Below, one piece after another: positions 27,076 through 32,000 of a stretch of DNA of 32,000 nucleotides (position 1 is its first letter; each line of letters begins with the position of its first letter). The DNA comes from Syntrophales bacterium. Lineage in GTDB: Bacteria; Desulfobacterota; Syntrophia; Syntrophales; UBA2192. The translations under genes and the position numbers were made by a program. Under the pieces are notes generated by a model that had not been told where the DNA came from, did not search any database, and saw nothing but the letters and a program-made list of their open reading frames with translations. The stretch is taken from assembly GCA_035450185.1 (NCBI GenBank), contig DAOTMG010000005.1:1-32000 (forward strand). The letters are read 5' to 3'.

Positions 27076-27099
27076 GGTCAGAGACCCCGTTCCGGGGTC
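27076..27099. repeat. right arm of the 14-nt inverted repeat (GGTCAGAGACCCCG, 27076-27089) overlapping a local hairpin GACCCCG-ttc-CGGGGTC (27083-27099)
   Basis: Read directly. On the minus-strand transcript the arm ends 1 nt before the ATG of the 58-aa ORF. Confidence 0.8.
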
Positions 27100-27163
27100 C
27101 GCAGGTCTTCTCTTCAGTGTGATCCTGTTTCCCGTCGGCGGCGAGACCCTGAAGGCCCTTCGC

Positions 27164-30367
<3,204 letters not shown>

Positions 30368-30441
30368 AGACGGACCCTTGATCGTTTCTGTCGGTTGAAC
30401 GGCGAATGGATTACAGACCACACCGCCTTAAAAGCTGCTGG

Positions 30442-30470
30442 AATATAAGGGAGCGCCGGGGGATTGTCAA
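30442..30470 (-). promoter_or_regulatory. sigma70 promoter for carB (TTGACA-17 nt-TATATT)
   Basis: On the minus strand, TTGACA at 30470..30465, a 17-nt spacer, then TATATT at 30447..30442. The leader to ATG 30367 is about 70 nt. Confidence 0.55.
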
Positions 30471-30700
30471 GGCGAATTGTCTCTGTTTTTGCCGATCGAT
30501 GCAGCCCCTCACCGGTACCGAACGCAACCAGGTATTGCCGGGGATGTCTCGAAACACGAAATTACAATCGTCTTCCCATACAGCAAGATGCACGAATGGC
30601 CTGAAGCATCGGATTCCACTTCCGGGAAGCCTGCGGGCCTTGCGCATAGAGGTCGTTAGAAGGGAAGGTCCGGGCATCCCGGCAGAGGCAAAAGGTTCTT

Positions 30701-31279
30701 TCATTCAACGCAGAAATAACGTCGGAGAGCATCGTATTTCTTTTCCTTGATCCCCTTGACGTTCCGGAGATCGGAAACGGTCCTAAAAGGGCCGTTTCCC
30801 CGCCGGTAGTCGATGATCCGCAGCGCCGTCTTTTCGCCGATTCCGGGCACGACTTCGAGATCGGCCTGTGACGCTGAATTCAGGTCGATCGGAAGACCCA
30901 GTGCATACCGCATCGAACCGGTCATTCCGCCGACGGTGACCGACGATGCCCCTGCGGGGCCGGCGGCCCGGACGGTCACCACGGATGCATTCTTCAGACG
31001 TTCTTTCGATACGGCTGCCGCCGGCATCCGGTCCGCGTCGACGCCGGCCACGGCCAAGAAATCCCGCAGACTCGACCCGCGGGGGATGAAGTAAACGCCC
31101 CGGTGCCCCGCCTCCCCCGCGAGCGCGACGACCCAGTCGCCGCTTTTTCCGTTGCTGTGAGGCGGCCGCTCGCCCGTCGCGCCGGGGGACAGCACAGGGG
31201 CCGCCAACCTGAAAAAACAGAAGGCGACCGCTATCATGACGATAACCGCCGCCCCGCGTATTGGATCCCGATTTTTCAT
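30701..31279 (-). CDS. comEA: ComEA-family helix-hairpin-helix DNA-binding protein
   Basis: N-terminal TM anchor (GAAVIVMIAVAFCFF), SLBB-like segment (GVYFIPRGSSLRDFLAVAG) and C-terminal tandem HhH (DLNSASQADLEVVPGIGEKTALRIIDYRRGNGPFRTVSDLRNVKGIKEKKYDAL). Confidence 0.8.
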   Translation of the reverse strand: MKNRDPIRGAAVIVMIAVAFCFFRLAAPVLSPGATGERPPHSNGKSGDWVVALAGEAGHRGVYFIPRGSSLRDFLAVAGVDADRMPAAAVSKERLKNASVVTVRAAGPAGASSVTVGGMTGSMRYALGLPIDLNSASQADLEVVPGIGEKTALRIIDYRRGNGPFRTVSDLRNVKGIKEKKYDALRRYFCVE

Positions 31280-31311
31280 GGCGCGATGAGAGTGTCCCCC
31301 GCTGCAGCCGA

Positions 31312-32000
31312 TTACTTCAAATTTTCGAGCCCGAAAGCGTCATGAAGAACCATGACGGCCAGTTCCGTGTATTTCGCCTCGATGACGCAGGAGATCTTGA
31401 TCTCCGATGTGCTGATCATGAGGATGTTGATGCCCTCGCTTGCCAGGGCGGAGAACATCCTCGAAGCCACACCGGCATGACTTCTCATCCCCACCCCGAC
31501 GATCGACACCTTGGAAATGTTCTCGTCGTATTCGACGCCCTGGGCCCCGACCTCCTTGGCCGCAACCTCGATCATCTGCCTCACCTCCCGGATATCCTTC
31601 CTCGAAACCGTGAAGGAAAGGTCCGTGTAGGCATCGATGCTGGCGTTCTGGATGATCATATCCACGGGGATGTTCTTGTCGGAAATCGGGGTGAACAACC
31701 GCGCGGCGATGCCGGGTCTGTCCGGAACCCGGACCACCGTCACCTTGGCCTGGTCCCTGTCATAACTCACACCCGAAACGACGACCTTTTCCATTTCGCT
31801 ATCCTCCTTTGTCACCAGTGTTCCCGCATTATCATTGAAGGACGATCTCACGAAGACGGGGACGTTGTATTTCTTGGCCAGTTCCACCGATCTGGGGTGA
31901 AGGACCTTCGCCCCCGCGCTCGTCATCTCGAGCATCTCATCGTAGGAGATCCTGGAGAGTTTGACCGCCTTGCTGCAGAGATTGGGATCGGTGGTATAGA
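31312..32000 (-). CDS. lysC: aspartate kinase, C-terminal part (5' end beyond the right edge)
   Basis: The frame stays open upstream of the track ATG and reads [54 protein letters not shown]. This is followed by two ACT domains ([17 protein letters not shown]..., [26 protein letters not shown]). Confidence 0.9.
   Translation of the reverse strand, partial: YTTDPNLCSKAVKLSRISYDEMLEMTSAGAKVLHPRSVELAKKYNVPVFVRSSFNDNAGTLVTKEDSEMEKVVVSGVSYDRDQAKVTVVRVPDRPGIAARLFTPISDKNIPVDMIIQNASIDAYTDLSFTVSRKDIREVRQMIEVAAKEVGAQGVEYDENISKVSIVGVGMRSHAGVASRMFSALASEGINILMISTSEIKISCVIEAKYTELAVMVLHDAFGLENLK

Noticed and set aside
30661-30690. GGGAAGGTCCGGGCATCCCGG on the plus strand resembles the RNase P RNA motif GAGGAAAGTCCGGGC.
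   Set aside because: None of the other universally conserved RNase P elements follows. An RNA of RNase P size starting here would run through the well-supported comEA coding region. I treat this as a chance resemblance or a small hairpin.

Overview
This is a GC-rich bacterial chromosomal window that is densely coded and mostly housekeeping. I saw no transposase, integrase, CRISPR array or recognisable defence gene. Any taxonomic guess, such as an anaerobic deltaproteobacterium-like lineage, is inference only.

Gene order, left to right:
- guaB (5' fragment, -), a DUF1285-like gene (-), and dtd (-).
- A B12-binding radical SAM gene (+).
- A promoter followed by a small 2-TM protein, an M16 peptidase pair (one active subunit with HxxEH, one inactive) and an M20 hydrolase (+).
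- phoH/ybeZ and ybeY (+).
- A LysM lytic transglycosylase lipoprotein (-).
- A tightly packed five-gene minus-strand operon: Cys-rich zinc-finger-like protein, compact radical SAM, corC, lnt, prfB. prfB carries the classical +1 frameshift site.
- A divergent plus-strand operon: lysine 2,3-aminomutase (kamA family) plus two Ddl-like ATP-grasp ligases.
- A small orphan ORF (-).
- The minus-strand block tRNA-Pro | tRNA-Leu-tig-clpP-clpX-lon-tRNA-Val-tRNA-Asp.
- Two hypothetical genes, carB without carA, comEA, and lysC (5' end outside the window).

Several near-consensus TTGACA-17-TAnAnn promoters and hairpin terminators can be read directly.

The most interesting candidate is the kamA + two ATP-grasp ligase operon. 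It has none of the known KamA partner genes (ablB, epmA, lysine-fermentation genes). This suggests an uncharacterised pathway for a beta-lysine peptide or conjugate.

Secondary leads:
- A B-box-like nine-Cys mini-protein translationally coupled to a compact radical SAM enzyme.
- A 14-nt inverted repeat bracketing an unlisted 58-aa four-Cys ORF downstream of carB.
- An lnt N-terminus that has no canonical start codon.
- An internal SD+ATG in lysC.
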